Counted from the stretch's first letter, positions 52,327 through 63,380 are shown. The stretch is DNA of 64,000 nt from an uncultured Poribacteria bacterium (GCA_951813565.1 OX638351.1:2432001-2496000); one strand, 5' to 3'. Notes: a model not told the origin generated them from the letters alone. Numbers and translations: made by a program.

Positions 52327-52586
52327 TAGGAGTGACCTCCCGGTCGCGACTTTTCAGCAAAAACAAGTAAAATGCCCAAAACTAAATAACCATGCGCTAA
52401 AGCAACGGGGTCTTATAGTAAAATCTAAAAATACCTGGACATTTTCTTAAGGTTAGCGGCGTTTGTAGTCGCGCAATTCATTGCGCCTCTTCTTGTAGGA
52501 GCGACCTCCCGGTCGCGACTTTTCAGCTAAAAAACAGGTAAAATGCCCAAAACTAAATAACCATGCGCTAAAGCAACGGGGTCTTA
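52327..52586. repeat. ~90-bp direct duplication (52327-52415 / 52496-52586) flanking an empty REP
   Basis: TAGGAG(T/C)GACCTCCCGGTCGCGAC...AACCATGCGCTAAAGCAACGGGGTCTTA occurs twice. Confidence 0.8.
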
Positions 52587-52650
52587 ACACCGAAAATAAT
52601 AAACTTTCAATAAAGTTACACGTCTCATATTGCGCGATTAAAGGAACGAA

Positions 52651-53346
52651 ATGAGTATCAAGACAGATAGAGCCGTACTTACTGTAGCCTTTACCACATT
52701 TTTAACGTTCTTATTACTGTTTCTATTGCCGATCAGAGTGTTAGGAATCGGTGCTATCTGGAGGCTTTACCCAAACCTGCTGATTGCAATCGGATGGTTT
52801 GGTTATCTCATTCAATTAAATAGAAATATCACAGAGGATGAATCGTCTCAACTGCTATTCCATAGTGTTTTATTTGGAGTCGCAGCCATAGTAACATACC
52901 TGCCGATGGACTGGTTATTTTCAAGAAAAGTGCGGTTTATTGTCTACCGAAGCCCAGATTTTTTGGGGAATGTGACAACACCGATTGCTTTGATAATAAC
53001 TTGGGTTGTTTTGGCAACGTTAGCAGTTTATTGTTACCATCGGCTTCAGATGCTTGGCTTACCCCATTTTGTTGCTTCAGGGATAACAGGAATTGTTGCG
53101 GCGGTTGGAAGCATCGCTATCTACGGACTTGGAAAAGAGTTATGGGAATGGAACGCTTTGCGTGTTGATAATATTCCACACATTGCAACCGTTCCTATCT
53201 TTATCCCAATTACATTTTTGCTTACCTACACCTTATGTCCTTACTACTTTCACCGTAAGCAACATGCGTTGATAGCTGGGATACGGTGTGGTCTCTTCAT
53301 GGGAATAGTGATGTTTTTGAGTTTTCTCATCTTTTGGCGTATATAA
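52651..53346 (+). CDS. Hypothetical integral membrane protein
   Basis: 231 aa with about seven hydrophobic segments. Confidence 0.7.
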   Translation: MSIKTDRAVLTVAFTTFLTFLLLFLLPIRVLGIGAIWRLYPNLLIAIGWFGYLIQLNRNITEDESSQLLFHSVLFGVAAIVTYLPMDWLFSRKVRFIVYRSPDFLGNVTTPIALIITWVVLATLAVYCYHRLQMLGLPHFVASGITGIVAAVGSIAIYGLGKELWEWNALRVDNIPHIATVPIFIPITFLLTYTLCPYYFHRKQHALIAGIRCGLFMGIVMFLSFLIFWRI

Positions 53347-53488
53347 AAAGCAAGAAGCAGGATAATTAACGTTTGACAAATCACAGATTAGGCGCGCGGG
53401 TGTAAGCTCAGTCTCTTTAGAAAATCTGGCATGAAAGGATTCGTTAGCATTAGGAAAAAACATGTATAACTTACTTGAAAAGAAAAGT

Positions 53489-54025
53489 ATGCGTTCAACA
53501 ACGATATTGGCGGTGCGCCGAAATGGACAAATCGCTATTGGTGGAGACGGTCAGGTCACATTGGGAAACACTGCAATCAAACACAGTGCCAGGAAAATTC
53601 GCAAGATTTATCAGGATCGTGTGCTTATAGGGTTCGCGGGGTCTGCTTCGGACGCGCTCACTCTCTATGAAAATTTAGAGAAAAAATTAGAACAGTACCG
53701 TGGTAACCTGCAGAAAGCTTCGGTGGAACTCGCAAGAGATTGGCGAAGTGATCGCATTCTTAGACGGACAGATGCCTTGATGATAGCGATCAATGAAAAC
53801 GATAGCTACCTGATTTCCGGCAACGGTGATCTCATCATTCCTGACGATGACATCCTTGCTATCGGTTCGGGTGGGTCTATAGCGCTCTCTGCTTCCAGAG
53901 CATTACTCAAATACTCAAAACTAACCGCCTCCGAAGTTGTCGCTGAAGCATTAAAAATTACGAGTGAAATCTGCATCTACACGAACGCACAGATTGAAAT
54001 TGAATCAATTGAGACTGAAGAATAG
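53489..54025 (+). CDS. hslV: ATP-dependent protease subunit HslV
   Basis: TTILAVR, GDGQVT, GFAGS..D, GSGG, ICIYTN. Confidence 0.95.
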   Translation: MRSTTILAVRRNGQIAIGGDGQVTLGNTAIKHSARKIRKIYQDRVLIGFAGSASDALTLYENLEKKLEQYRGNLQKASVELARDWRSDRILRRTDALMIAINENDSYLISGNGDLIIPDDDILAIGSGGSIALSASRALLKYSKLTASEVVAEALKITSEICIYTNAQIEIESIETEE

Positions 54026-54096
54026 TACACTCAAAATTTCTGTTATTTTGGTTAAGGCACAGAGACGTGTGTCTACCACCTTTTTAGGAGGTTACA

Positions 54097-55599
54097 TTGG
54101 AGAAATCAACTGTTGAAACGAAAATCTTAGCAGACGCGCTAACCCCCCGGCAAATTGTTGAAGAGCTTGATAAGTACATTATCGGGCAGTTTGAGGCAAA
54201 ACGGAGCGTTGCTATTGCGCTGCGTAATCGCGCACGCCGACAGATGCTTGCAGACGATATGCAAGATGAAGTTTCACCGAAAAATATCATCATGATTGGC
54301 TCAACGGGTGTCGGTAAAACAGAAATAGCGCGTAGGCTTGCGCGCCTTGTTGATGCGCCTTTCATTAAAGTCGAAGCTTCAAAGTATACTGAAATCGGTT
54401 ATGTTGGTCGCGATGTTGAATCAATGATCCGCGATCTTACAGAACTCTCAGTCAGCAGAGTAAAAGCAGAACAGACTACCGCTGTTGAAGAAGCAGCATT
54501 AGAATTAGCCGAAGAACGCTTGTTAGACTGTTTATTACCGATGCCGCGGGCATTAAAAAGCCAGGCTCGTAGCAAACCGACTGATGAATTTGATGCAGAC
54601 GAAGACATGGACATAGAGGAAATTGATATTGACGAAGATGAAGATGAAATCCAATTGCCGTTTGACTTAGAAACAACTGATGAACAAAACGAAGCTTTAG
54701 AAAAACAACGAGAACGGCACCTCAAGACGCGTGAAAAGTTACGGCAGCAGTTAAAGGAAGGCAAATTTGAAGATAGACCTGTTGAAATTAACATGAAAAG
54801 TCGGAGTATGCCGTTCGTTGAAATATTTTCGCCCGGTGGCATTGAGGAGATGGACATCAACTTCAAAGATATGTTCAGCAACATCCTCCCGAATCAGACG
54901 AAGAAACGGCGGGTGCCTGTTTCCGAAGCACGACAAATCTTGATGCAAGAGGAAGCAGAAAAATTAATCGACATGGATACTGTCATTAGTGATGCGATCG
55001 AACGTGTTGAAAATTCTGGGATCGTCTTCTTGGACGAAATTGATAAAATCGCAGGACGAGAATCTCGGCAGGGCCCGGACGTATCACGCGAAGGTGTACA
55101 ACGCGATATCCTACCAATCATTGAAGGAAGCACCGTCGCGACGAAATACGGTGCGGTGCGCACACACCACATTTTGTTCATCGCTGCGGGGGCTTTTCAT
55201 GTCTCTAATCCATCAGACCTCATTCCTGAACTTCAGGGGAGGTTTCCTATCCGCGTTGAACTCAAAAGTCTAAATAAAAGCGACTTTCAGTCTATTTTGA
55301 CAGAACCGAAAAACGCTTTGGTCAAGCAATATACAGCACTCCTCCAAACGGAGGGGATAGAAGCAGATATTACTGAAGATGCGATTGACGAAATCGCTGC
55401 GCTCGCTTTTCAGGTTAACGAATCTGTGGAAGATATCGGCGCACGTCGTCTACACACCATCATGGAAAAACTGTTTGAGAACCTGTTTTTTGACGCACCC
55501 GATCTTAAGAAAAAGAGCATTACTATTGATGCCGATTATGTCAGAGGTGAATTGGCAGAAATCGTTAAGGATCAGGATTTGAGTAGGTATATCCTTTAG
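54097..55599 (+). CDS. hslU: ATP-dependent protease ATPase subunit HslU
   Basis: [46 protein letters not shown]. Confidence 0.95.
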   Translation: MEKSTVETKILADALTPRQIVEELDKYIIGQFEAKRSVAIALRNRARRQMLADDMQDEVSPKNIIMIGSTGVGKTEIARRLARLVDAPFIKVEASKYTEIGYVGRDVESMIRDLTELSVSRVKAEQTTAVEEAALELAEERLLDCLLPMPRALKSQARSKPTDEFDADEDMDIEEIDIDEDEDEIQLPFDLETTDEQNEALEKQRERHLKTREKLRQQLKEGKFEDRPVEINMKSRSMPFVEIFSPGGIEEMDINFKDMFSNILPNQTKKRRVPVSEARQILMQEEAEKLIDMDTVISDAIERVENSGIVFLDEIDKIAGRESRQGPDVSREGVQRDILPIIEGSTVATKYGAVRTHHILFIAAGAFHVSNPSDLIPELQGRFPIRVELKSLNKSDFQSILTEPKNALVKQYTALLQTEGIEADITEDAIDEIAALAFQVNESVEDIGARRLHTIMEKLFENLFFDAPDLKKKSITIDADYVRGELAEIVKDQDLSRYIL

Positions 55600-55646
55600 G
55601 TTAGAAATCGCAAGTCGTAGGTTGGGTTTCGCTGCGCTCTACCCCA

Positions 55647-55828
55647 TAGGTGTCAATTTAAGGCATGCAATCCGGTTCACATCGTAGGGTGGGTCCCTGT
55701 ACTCCGCCATGTGTCAGGAACATGTCAAGCAACGGGCGGGCACAGGGACCCGCCCTACAATAAGGGTGAGGTTTGTAGGTTGTATTTAATAGCGTCCAAT
55801 CTGAAATAAATCCTTAAATTAACACCTA
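55647..55828. mobile_element. TA-flanked MITE (GGTGTCAATTTAAGG...CCTTAAATTAACACC) containing a REP pair
   Basis: TIR with one mismatch; same family nested at ~5487-5610, ~18298-18658, ~62296-62458. Confidence 0.7.
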
Positions 55829-57049
55829 ATGAAATTTGACAATCAAAAAGGGTAATGTTATGATGGTGTTATCCAGCAAATAAGGAGTGCACCATGCCAA
55901 AACGACGCGAACTCGTTCTTACAGAAGGAGAAAAACAAAAACTCATTGAACATAGAGATCATCACTAACACCCCGATGTCAGAGAGAAAGCCGCTGCTCT
56001 ATTGAAAATAGCCGAGGGTGTTTCTGCACACTGCGTTGCGACCTCTGGATTGCTCAAACGCCGCAAGCCTGATACTGTCTACAACTGGTTAAATATATAT
56101 GCTGATGAAGGCTTTGATGGGTTAATCCGGCGGCGACATGGTGGTGCGAGACATCGGTTTTCAAAAAAAGAAGAGCTGATCGAACGCTTGCGCCAATCCC
56201 CTGGTGAAGTGGCGGAAAAAGTGCCAAAGGTTTTGCGGATACGCTTGCGCCGAGTCGTTGGACGCTTCGTAGGCTTCGTGAAAGTCTTGATTGGTTAGCG
56301 CCCTACACACTCAGCGGTGTGCATCGCGTGCCTTTCTCGGTGTGGTTTGCGTATTCGCTCTGGGCGTGTGCAGCAGTATAGCCCGGATGCTGCGTCCGCC
56401 AAGAAAGTCTATCACCTCTGTGATTGCTTGAGGCAAACAGCGCGTGCGCCTGACAGCCACTTGGTTGTGTTTCTTGATGAAATGGGATATAGACGGTGGC
56501 CGAAGGCAGGGCGGGTTTGGATGCAAGCCGCACCTACGGAAGTGCCGGTCGCCGGGTGTGGTGGCACCAATAATGCGCAATGGCGCGTCATTGGTGCGCT
56601 GAATACGATGACAGGTCAGGTGTGTTATCTTGACAATTACGTTGTCGGGCGTGCGAAAGTCATTGAAATGTATCAGAAGTTAACACAAGTATACCCGCAA
56701 GCAGAGACACTTTACGTTGTTCAAGACAATTGGTCGATCCACAAACATCCGGATGTGCTTGAAGCGTTATCAGAGTTGCCACAGATTGAGCCAGTTTGGC
56801 TGCCGACTTATGCGCCGTGGCTGAACCCGATTGAGAAGTTATGGCGGTGGTTGCGCCAGGATGTGTTGAAGACGCATCAATTTGGCAGTCAGGGGGAGGA
56901 GTTGAGGAGCCGGGTGAACGGATTTCTTGATCGCTTTGCGTTGGGTTCAGATACCTTACTCCGCTATGTCGGGCTGCAAGGCGATGGGCTGCTTGCTAAC
57001 GCTTGTAGACCCCTTAGACTTTACCCAACTTGAACGTCAAAACTCATTA
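55827..57049 (+). mobile_element. IS630 family element, degenerate sister of 36057..37279
   Basis: Similar TIRs and DDE motifs; in-frame TAA near 55966 and a frameshift near 56220. Confidence 0.88.
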
Positions 57050-57108
57050 GGATTCGCTTGTGCTCTACCCAACCTACGACTAATTTCTATTATAGCATAC
57101 TTCTGGAA

Positions 57109-59040
57109 CTAAAGGGAATGCCCTGCTCCTGAAGAAGGCATATAGAAATTCATCACAAAACTAATTAAACTCAGTATACTTCGTGGCACAAAATCGCCTA
57201 AAACTAATCCGAGGAAAAACGGAATTGCCCTGCGATAGGCTTGCCAGCCTGAAAACCTTAGAATCATGAACTTAATGAACCAACTCACCATAACAGGAAA
57301 CCAAAAGTATATCAAACCGCCCCACGAAGCACCGGAAAGGACATATCCAGATGGATGTAGTGTCCACCATAGCAGACGGGTGCGCAGAAAATTGAGAAGG
57401 AAAACAAAACCGAAACCTGCCCCCATAAATACAATCGAACCCAGATTTGCTTCCTTCGGATGCTGTAACCAACTTTGGAGTGGGTTGAAACTCTCCCATC
57501 CGAAATGACCAACATGCCCTTGACACCTTGCAAGCACACCGTAGTGGTAAGCGACATGCAAATATGTCCAAAACGTAGCCACTGCGCCAACCCCAATTGC
57601 AAGTGCCATGCTTAAAAGCAAGGTCTTGCCGGGAATCCGTGCCTGATTCCCAATTCGCAGTGATTCAATCTGGTTCGGCATCGGATGTGAACGGTTGCAG
57701 CGGTTAAAAGCGTACAGAAATGTCATTACGGTGAGGTTTGCTGCGCCCAAAGTGCGAGTTCCAAATATGTTCACCATCATTTGGCGTGGATTGATACCGA
57801 TTACTTCATGATAGGGTGGTCCTAATTCAGCGCGAACACGTCCGATTGCTAAGGCGAACGCAACAAATAACGCGTAAAATATAGCAATAACCCATAAAGA
57901 CATTCCCGCAAGATAACAAAAAGCAAACACTGCACCCACGCTGAGAATAGTGAGAATTGCTGTTGTCCGATAAGATAACGGTTCGGTGCTATCGTCGCCC
58001 CGTTCAAGTCCTATGACATGTTTGAAAAACCGGATGAGATGCCTCCTACCCATCCATAGAGTCAACACAGCAATACCAACCCAAGCCCCGGATGCACGGT
58101 CATTGAGGTGAAGTTTACTAATATTCGTCAAACCTACAGCACTCGCAATCACACGTTCTGCGCGTGTCAGCCAGAAGAAAAACCACGTGGAAAACGCAAG
58201 GTCAAGCGGCATAAAATAGGTCAATCCAACAATGGCAAGGTTGAAGGACATAGAGACATAACCGACAGCATTCCAAGGTCTTTCTGTTATGTGTGTATCA
58301 AGTCGGTAACTGGACGGAAAAGCGGGGATCACAGGAAACAGATCATGCAAGCCCGCGATGACGCGGAGCAATGCGGCAATACCAAACCCTATCCATAGCG
58401 AACGTGAAGTGAAAAAACTGCGCTTCGTTGTCATTTGCAACGGCAGCTGCGTTAATGGAAAGCTTAATTTTTCGCGTTCCATCCACTGTTTTCGGAGCAG
58501 CAGTCCTAAACATAGCAATGACCCATAGAGGAGAAAGATAAAACTTGACCAAATAAGTACTGGCTTCGCCCATACACGGAGATGTTCCGTCAAATAGAGG
58601 CTCGATTCCCCCTCATAATAACCGGCTAACCATTCGGATTCATGTGCAGTAAGCCACTCAGGGATATGGTGCAAAAAGAGTTGTGCCCACTCATTTTCAG
58701 CACTCGCAAACCAGAACGGATGTGCCAAAGTCCCCATCAGGATTGCCATCATTGCATGCCCAGAAATAGTGGAGACCATCGTCACCATGATGTAGATTAA
58801 TAAGAGTTCGGCGGGAGTAAAGGCGAGACGAGGTGTGATTTTACGCAGGACAACATTCAGCGCGAGTAGCACTACCAACGTAAAAACTGCATTAGAAAAA
58901 GGGGAAACAAGTGTGTAGACTGCGTACCAGAGTTCGCTGGCTATTCCGACCCAGTACGCATTGACGATGACGAGGATTAAACCAACAATTATCGCTTTTT
59001 TGGTGATAACCTCGGTGGTGTTCGAGGATTGCTGATTCAT
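57109..59040 (-). CDS. Polytopic membrane protein (DUF6785/DUF6784-like)
   Basis: RKQW..REKLSFPL, RVRAELGPP, HPMPNQIE, LHPSGY; paralog of 33996..35924. Confidence 0.7.
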   Translation of the reverse strand: MNQQSSNTTEVITKKAIIVGLILVIVNAYWVGIASELWYAVYTLVSPFSNAVFTLVVLLALNVVLRKITPRLAFTPAELLLIYIMVTMVSTISGHAMMAILMGTLAHPFWFASAENEWAQLFLHHIPEWLTAHESEWLAGYYEGESSLYLTEHLRVWAKPVLIWSSFIFLLYGSLLCLGLLLRKQWMEREKLSFPLTQLPLQMTTKRSFFTSRSLWIGFGIAALLRVIAGLHDLFPVIPAFPSSYRLDTHITERPWNAVGYVSMSFNLAIVGLTYFMPLDLAFSTWFFFWLTRAERVIASAVGLTNISKLHLNDRASGAWVGIAVLTLWMGRRHLIRFFKHVIGLERGDDSTEPLSYRTTAILTILSVGAVFAFCYLAGMSLWVIAIFYALFVAFALAIGRVRAELGPPYHEVIGINPRQMMVNIFGTRTLGAANLTVMTFLYAFNRCNRSHPMPNQIESLRIGNQARIPGKTLLLSMALAIGVGAVATFWTYLHVAYHYGVLARCQGHVGHFGWESFNPLQSWLQHPKEANLGSIVFMGAGFGFVFLLNFLRTRLLWWTLHPSGYVLSGASWGGLIYFWFPVMVSWFIKFMILRFSGWQAYRRAIPFFLGLVLGDFVPRSILSLISFVMNFYMPSSGAGHSL

Positions 59041-59150
59041 TAATTTTTTGCCAATGGCACAAAGTTTGCCGAAAATCTATGTTCCAAGTACCTACCTTGT
59101 TGATATGAGAGGTGTGTATGGATAAATCAATGTCAATGGCTTAAGTAAAT

Positions 59151-59411
59151 GAGGGGTGTGCATAAATATTTGGCGCATCAACACAGACAGGGACAGACGC
59201 CAGGTGCCGCTTGATTTATAGAAATGCGTTTGTAGTCGCGCAATTCATTACCAAATCAACGCAGCATGCGCCAAATCAACGGTCCGAATACCTTATGGCA
59301 TTCCCCGTGTGGCATGCTGCGCCTCTTTGAACTTGTGGACGGAAACCCACGGCGTGTGCGGACTACCTTTAAGCGCATATTTAACATCGAAATTATTTAT
59401 GCACACCTCTC
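59151..59411. mobile_element. MITE (GAGGGGTGTGCATAAATA TIR) with 8-bp duplication, carrying a REP with nested hairpin units
   Basis: AAGTAAAT at 59143-59150 and 59412-59419. Confidence 0.78.
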
Positions 59412-59476
59412 AAGTAAATAACTTCCGCGATTATACGCCACCCTTAGCAATAAATCGTACCTATTAGTTCTCACTT

Positions 59477-61018
59477 TTATGCCCCAGGAGCGTTCGCAAG
59501 GTTTTGCAATTCTTGTCCCAAAATCTTCAGCGTCTGATTAAGGGTACGGTATAGCTGAATAGTTTCTCCAACTTCTCCTGCTTTGATAATACTAATTGCT
59601 TTCTGTAGTTGTGTGTCATATTTTAAGTTCACAACCCGTTCAATGCCGACGTTGAGGTTAAACAGTTGTTCCGCACGCAGTGTCAACCACCGTAGGCTAA
59701 CCGGTAACCTATCTTTTGCGAGTGTTTCCCGAAACTGCGGAAGTTCTGTTTCAAGTAATCCAAAATCTTTAGGTATTTCGCCAGTACGTTTGATTTCTTC
59801 TTCAATCCAATCGGTAACAAAATTTTCAATGGCATTTTTTTCTACAACGAACCTTTGCATCACTTGTTCAATTCTATCGGGTTTAAATTCTGTAACAGCA
59901 ACCTGTGGTGAAATACCAGATTTATCAATTGATGTCCCATTAGGTGTATAATATGAGGAAATAGTGAGTGAAATTGCACCAATACCCGTTAATGGATAAC
60001 GTTTTTGAACAACGCCTTTACCGTAGGTTTTCTCGCCGACTAAGATGCCACGACCAGTATCTTTTATTGCACCTGCAACAATTTCGGAAGCACTCGCGCT
60101 ATATTCATCAACGAGTACAACAATCGGAATTTCAGGGGCGCACAAGATGTTAGAATGAGCAGGATACTCCTCATCAAATTCGCTTCTCCGTCCCTTGGTA
60201 GAAACGATAACGCCCTCACTGATAAATGCATCAGCAATGTGATACGCAGCGTCAAGGAGTCCACCTTGGTTGCTGCGCAAATCTAAAATCAATGCTTGCA
60301 TTCCGGCTTGTTTATGTGCCGCGAGTGCCTTGTTAAATTCTTCTTCTGTTCCGCCTGCCCGGTCTGTACCAATAAATTTTGTAATCCTAATGTAACCTAT
60401 TTTGTCTTCAAGCATGGTTGATGTAACACTCGGCACCGAAATTTTGGCTCGAGTAAGTTTTACCTCAAACGGTTCAAGGAATTTTCGCTGCACGGTAAGC
60501 GTCACATCTGTATTCACAGCGCCTCTAAGTAAATCAACGACATCGTCGAGTGTCATTCCCGTTCTTTCACCCAGATAAATTTGCTTTCCGTTGACTTTAG
60601 TAATATAGTCGCCAGCTTGTAGTTCAGCCGTTTCTGCGGGGGTACCTGGCATCGGTTTAGAAATTTTGATAAATCCGCGGTGATCAGGGTAAATACTAAC
60701 ACCGAGTCCTCCGAATTCCGCGTTGTATAGATTTTCTACGGAACGTTGATGATCGCGTTCGGATAGAAGGTAGGTGTAGGGATCTCCGACTGCAGCGAGT
60801 GCGCCTTTAATTGCGCCTTGGTACATTGCGTGTCTGTCTACCGGTTTGTAGTAATTTACCTCGGCGGTTTGGATAGCTTTCGCGAGTGCTTGGTTTAGCA
60901 TCCGCAACGTTATTCGCGGATCATCGCTCGCTGCATCTTTTTCACTGGAGTGTATGAGTAGCAAAGGAATCCCAATAGCGACAACTAAAACGATGAAGGA
61001 CAAAGTAAATCTTTTCAT
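59477..61018 (-). CDS. ctpA: S41 carboxyl-terminal processing protease
   Basis: DPYT, PDZ GGLG, DLRSNQGG, SASASEIVAGA, GKGVVQ. Confidence 0.9.
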   Translation of the reverse strand: MKRFTLSFIVLVVAIGIPLLLIHSSEKDAASDDPRITLRMLNQALAKAIQTAEVNYYKPVDRHAMYQGAIKGALAAVGDPYTYLLSERDHQRSVENLYNAEFGGLGVSIYPDHRGFIKISKPMPGTPAETAELQAGDYITKVNGKQIYLGERTGMTLDDVVDLLRGAVNTDVTLTVQRKFLEPFEVKLTRAKISVPSVTSTMLEDKIGYIRITKFIGTDRAGGTEEEFNKALAAHKQAGMQALILDLRSNQGGLLDAAYHIADAFISEGVIVSTKGRRSEFDEEYPAHSNILCAPEIPIVVLVDEYSASASEIVAGAIKDTGRGILVGEKTYGKGVVQKRYPLTGIGAISLTISSYYTPNGTSIDKSGISPQVAVTEFKPDRIEQVMQRFVVEKNAIENFVTDWIEEEIKRTGEIPKDFGLLETELPQFRETLAKDRLPVSLRWLTLRAEQLFNLNVGIERVVNLKYDTQLQKAISIIKAGEVGETIQLYRTLNQTLKILGQELQNLANAPGA

Positions 61019-61137
61019 GACAGTACCCCACTGCGGTTAATTTGGTTCACAGTTCTTGTATCATATAATCTCTTTACATTTTACCACAATTCCAACATTA
61101 GTGCAATTCAATTTTTCACGAAGGGTTTCAATGTCTT

Positions 61138-62061
61138 TCAATAGCGATTTTTTCTATTTTCTTCCTGATTCGGTTGTGTTTTCCATCGGTTGTGGAGCCA
61201 AAGCCACTGCTCCGGATATTTATGTATGTATTTTTCCAACTGTTTTATCAAATGTGTAGTATATAGTTCAATATCTCGCTTAAAATCGTCAGAGGATTCC
61301 AAATGGATCGGGGGAGAAATATAGACGTGATGTCGGTCATCCGGTTGCCGGATATCCAGTGAAAAAAGCATCGGTGCGCTGGTTTTGAGTGCAAGAGACA
61401 CGGGGCCTTTCGCTGTAGAAGCCGGTTTGCCGAAGAAATCTATGAACACACCCTGATCTCCGGCATTCTGATCCGCGAAGAACCCTACAGCATCGTTATT
61501 TTTTAGGGACCGTAGCGTGGCACGAATTGCGTTTTTCCGCGGAATTAATTCTAAGCTCAAAAGTTGCCGATATCGCCAAATTAAATCGTTCAGTCGTGCG
61601 TTTTTCAGCGGAAAAGCGATCGCTTTCGCCCGATTCGGAATGAGTGCGCCATAAACGAGTGATAGCAGTTCCCAATTCCCAAAATGTGGTAAAAAGACGA
61701 TTGCACCTTTTTCTTTTTCCAAAGCTGCATTGAGGTGTTCTCTGCCATGTACGGCAACTTCATCCCAGATATTCTCAGCATTGAATTTTGGGAATCGCAT
61801 GAATTCAATTATTGTCTTACTAAAATTAATGAAACTCGCCTTACAAATTTCTTGTCGACGTGTTTCTTTTAAGTCGTCTCCAAAGGCTATCTGCAAGTTA
61901 TTGAGCGCAATCTGTCTCCGTTTTTTGAGAATCCGATAGAGGAGTTTGCCAATAGCACATCCGAGGCACATCGCCCATTTTCTTGGGAGAATACGGCAAA
62001 CCCAACTAAAAACCAAAACAGTTAGATATACAAAATTATCTATCCATTTACTTCGCGCCAT
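61138..62061 (-). CDS. Lipid A biosynthesis acyltransferase (LpxL/HtrB family)
   Basis: HFGNWE, ADQ, FFG, PEQWLWLHNRWK. Confidence 0.9.
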   Translation of the reverse strand: MARSKWIDNFVYLTVLVFSWVCRILPRKWAMCLGCAIGKLLYRILKKRRQIALNNLQIAFGDDLKETRRQEICKASFINFSKTIIEFMRFPKFNAENIWDEVAVHGREHLNAALEKEKGAIVFLPHFGNWELLSLVYGALIPNRAKAIAFPLKNARLNDLIWRYRQLLSLELIPRKNAIRATLRSLKNNDAVGFFADQNAGDQGVFIDFFGKPASTAKGPVSLALKTSAPMLFSLDIRQPDDRHHVYISPPIHLESSDDFKRDIELYTTHLIKQLEKYIHKYPEQWLWLHNRWKTQPNQEENRKNRY

Positions 62062-62145
62062 TGATGTGTCTCACCGAATACGTTAAGCTTTTGATGTTTA
62101 GAGTATATCACACATAGTTGTTGCAGGCAACTTGGGTAATAGGTT

Positions 62146-62543
62146 GGGTGTGTAAAGTTTTTGTAGAAATCCGCACAACTCCTATTGTAGGGGCGGGTCT
62201 CCGGGGAATGCCAAAAGGCATTCGGACCGTTGATTTGGTGCCTGCCCGTTGCATGGCACGTCCTGCGCAGTGGCGGGGCACAGGGACCCCGCCCATAGGC
62301 GTCAATTTCAGCACACAATCACCAGATTGCCTCTTGTGGGAGGGCTTTATAAGCCCGATTTATATGTATTTATCGGGGTTGAAAACCCGCAGCATGCCAA
62401 ACGCGCATGCTGCGTTGATTCACTCCCACAAGAGGGTATATCCTTAAATTGACGGCTATGGGGCACAGGGACCCCGCCCTACAGTGGAAAACGCCGCGTA
62501 ATCATTGCAAATTGAACCTATGTAACCAAATATTTACACACCC
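62146..62543. mobile_element. Composite MITE, inverted second copy of 5400..5761 with an extra 34-bp insert
   Basis: GGGTGTGTAAA/TTTACACACCC ends; insert at 62389-62422; no flanking duplication seen. Confidence 0.85.
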
Positions 62544-62612
62544 AGAGAGACTTTTCAACTTGAAAGGTTTTAAGGGGTGTGATAGAATAGTGTAAAAAAA
62601 AGGAGGTTTGCA

Positions 62613-62918
62613 ATGGCAGAAACAGTAAGAACTGACATCAAGGGTATTGATCGGTTTGTTTTTGAAACCGGGGCAGACACGGAACAACTCCATCTACACA
62701 TCTCCGAAGTTGGACCGGGGCAACGTGCACATCCACCACATACACACGACGGACAAGAAATTTTCTATGTTTTTTCTGGGAAAGGCGAAGTCTTATTCGG
62801 AGAACAAACACACCGTGTCAGTGACAACGAAGCCGTGCATGTTGATTGCCAAGTTTTACACGGCATACGAAACGTTGGGGAGACAACACTTCGCTATGCA
62901 GTTATTATAGCCCGGTAA
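62613..62918 (+). CDS. Cupin domain protein
   Basis: HPPHTH...EIFYV..G.G and H.IRN.G motifs; GGAGG RBS. Confidence 0.85.
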   Translation: MAETVRTDIKGIDRFVFETGADTEQLHLHISEVGPGQRAHPPHTHDGQEIFYVFSGKGEVLFGEQTHRVSDNEAVHVDCQVLHGIRNVGETTLRYAVIIAR

Positions 62919-62948
62919 AATGTAGTATTGAAGGTATCCTTACACCAC

Positions 62949-63380
62949 TTATTCAGAGGCCTCTGTGTGCAAGTCTTTTAGCAAACTTAAGATGCCGTAA
63001 ATACCACCGATGATTAAGAGAATGCCTATGCTGCTTATACCCCGCCGTATCCAAACAGGGTGTAATATCTGTGAGATGTTTAATATCAAGAGCGGTTGTA
63101 GCAGTCGAGATATCCCAATATTCACATAAAAAGCACCATAAGCGATGAGGCACAACTCACTGAGAAGTTGTTGTTTGAAGGCATTTACAGGCATACCAAA
63201 AGGGTTTATGAGGTAGTCTCCAGAAAAAATAAGGGTCAACCCAACTATAAAAAAAGTGATAAGAGTCATAGTCGGATATGCGGATCGTTGCAACACAATA
63301 GCTAAGAGGATACTGACAACGCCCAAAATAATGCTAATAACACCCTGAAAAATTTGTACCCCTCTGCTGTGTGTTACCAT
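62949..63380 (-). CDS. Hypothetical membrane protein
   Basis: Four hydrophobic segments. Confidence 0.6.
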   Translation of the reverse strand: MVTHSRGVQIFQGVISIILGVVSILLAIVLQRSAYPTMTLITFFIVGLTLIFSGDYLINPFGMPVNAFKQQLLSELCLIAYGAFYVNIGISRLLQPLLILNISQILHPVWIRRGISSIGILLIIGGIYGILSLLKDLHTEASE

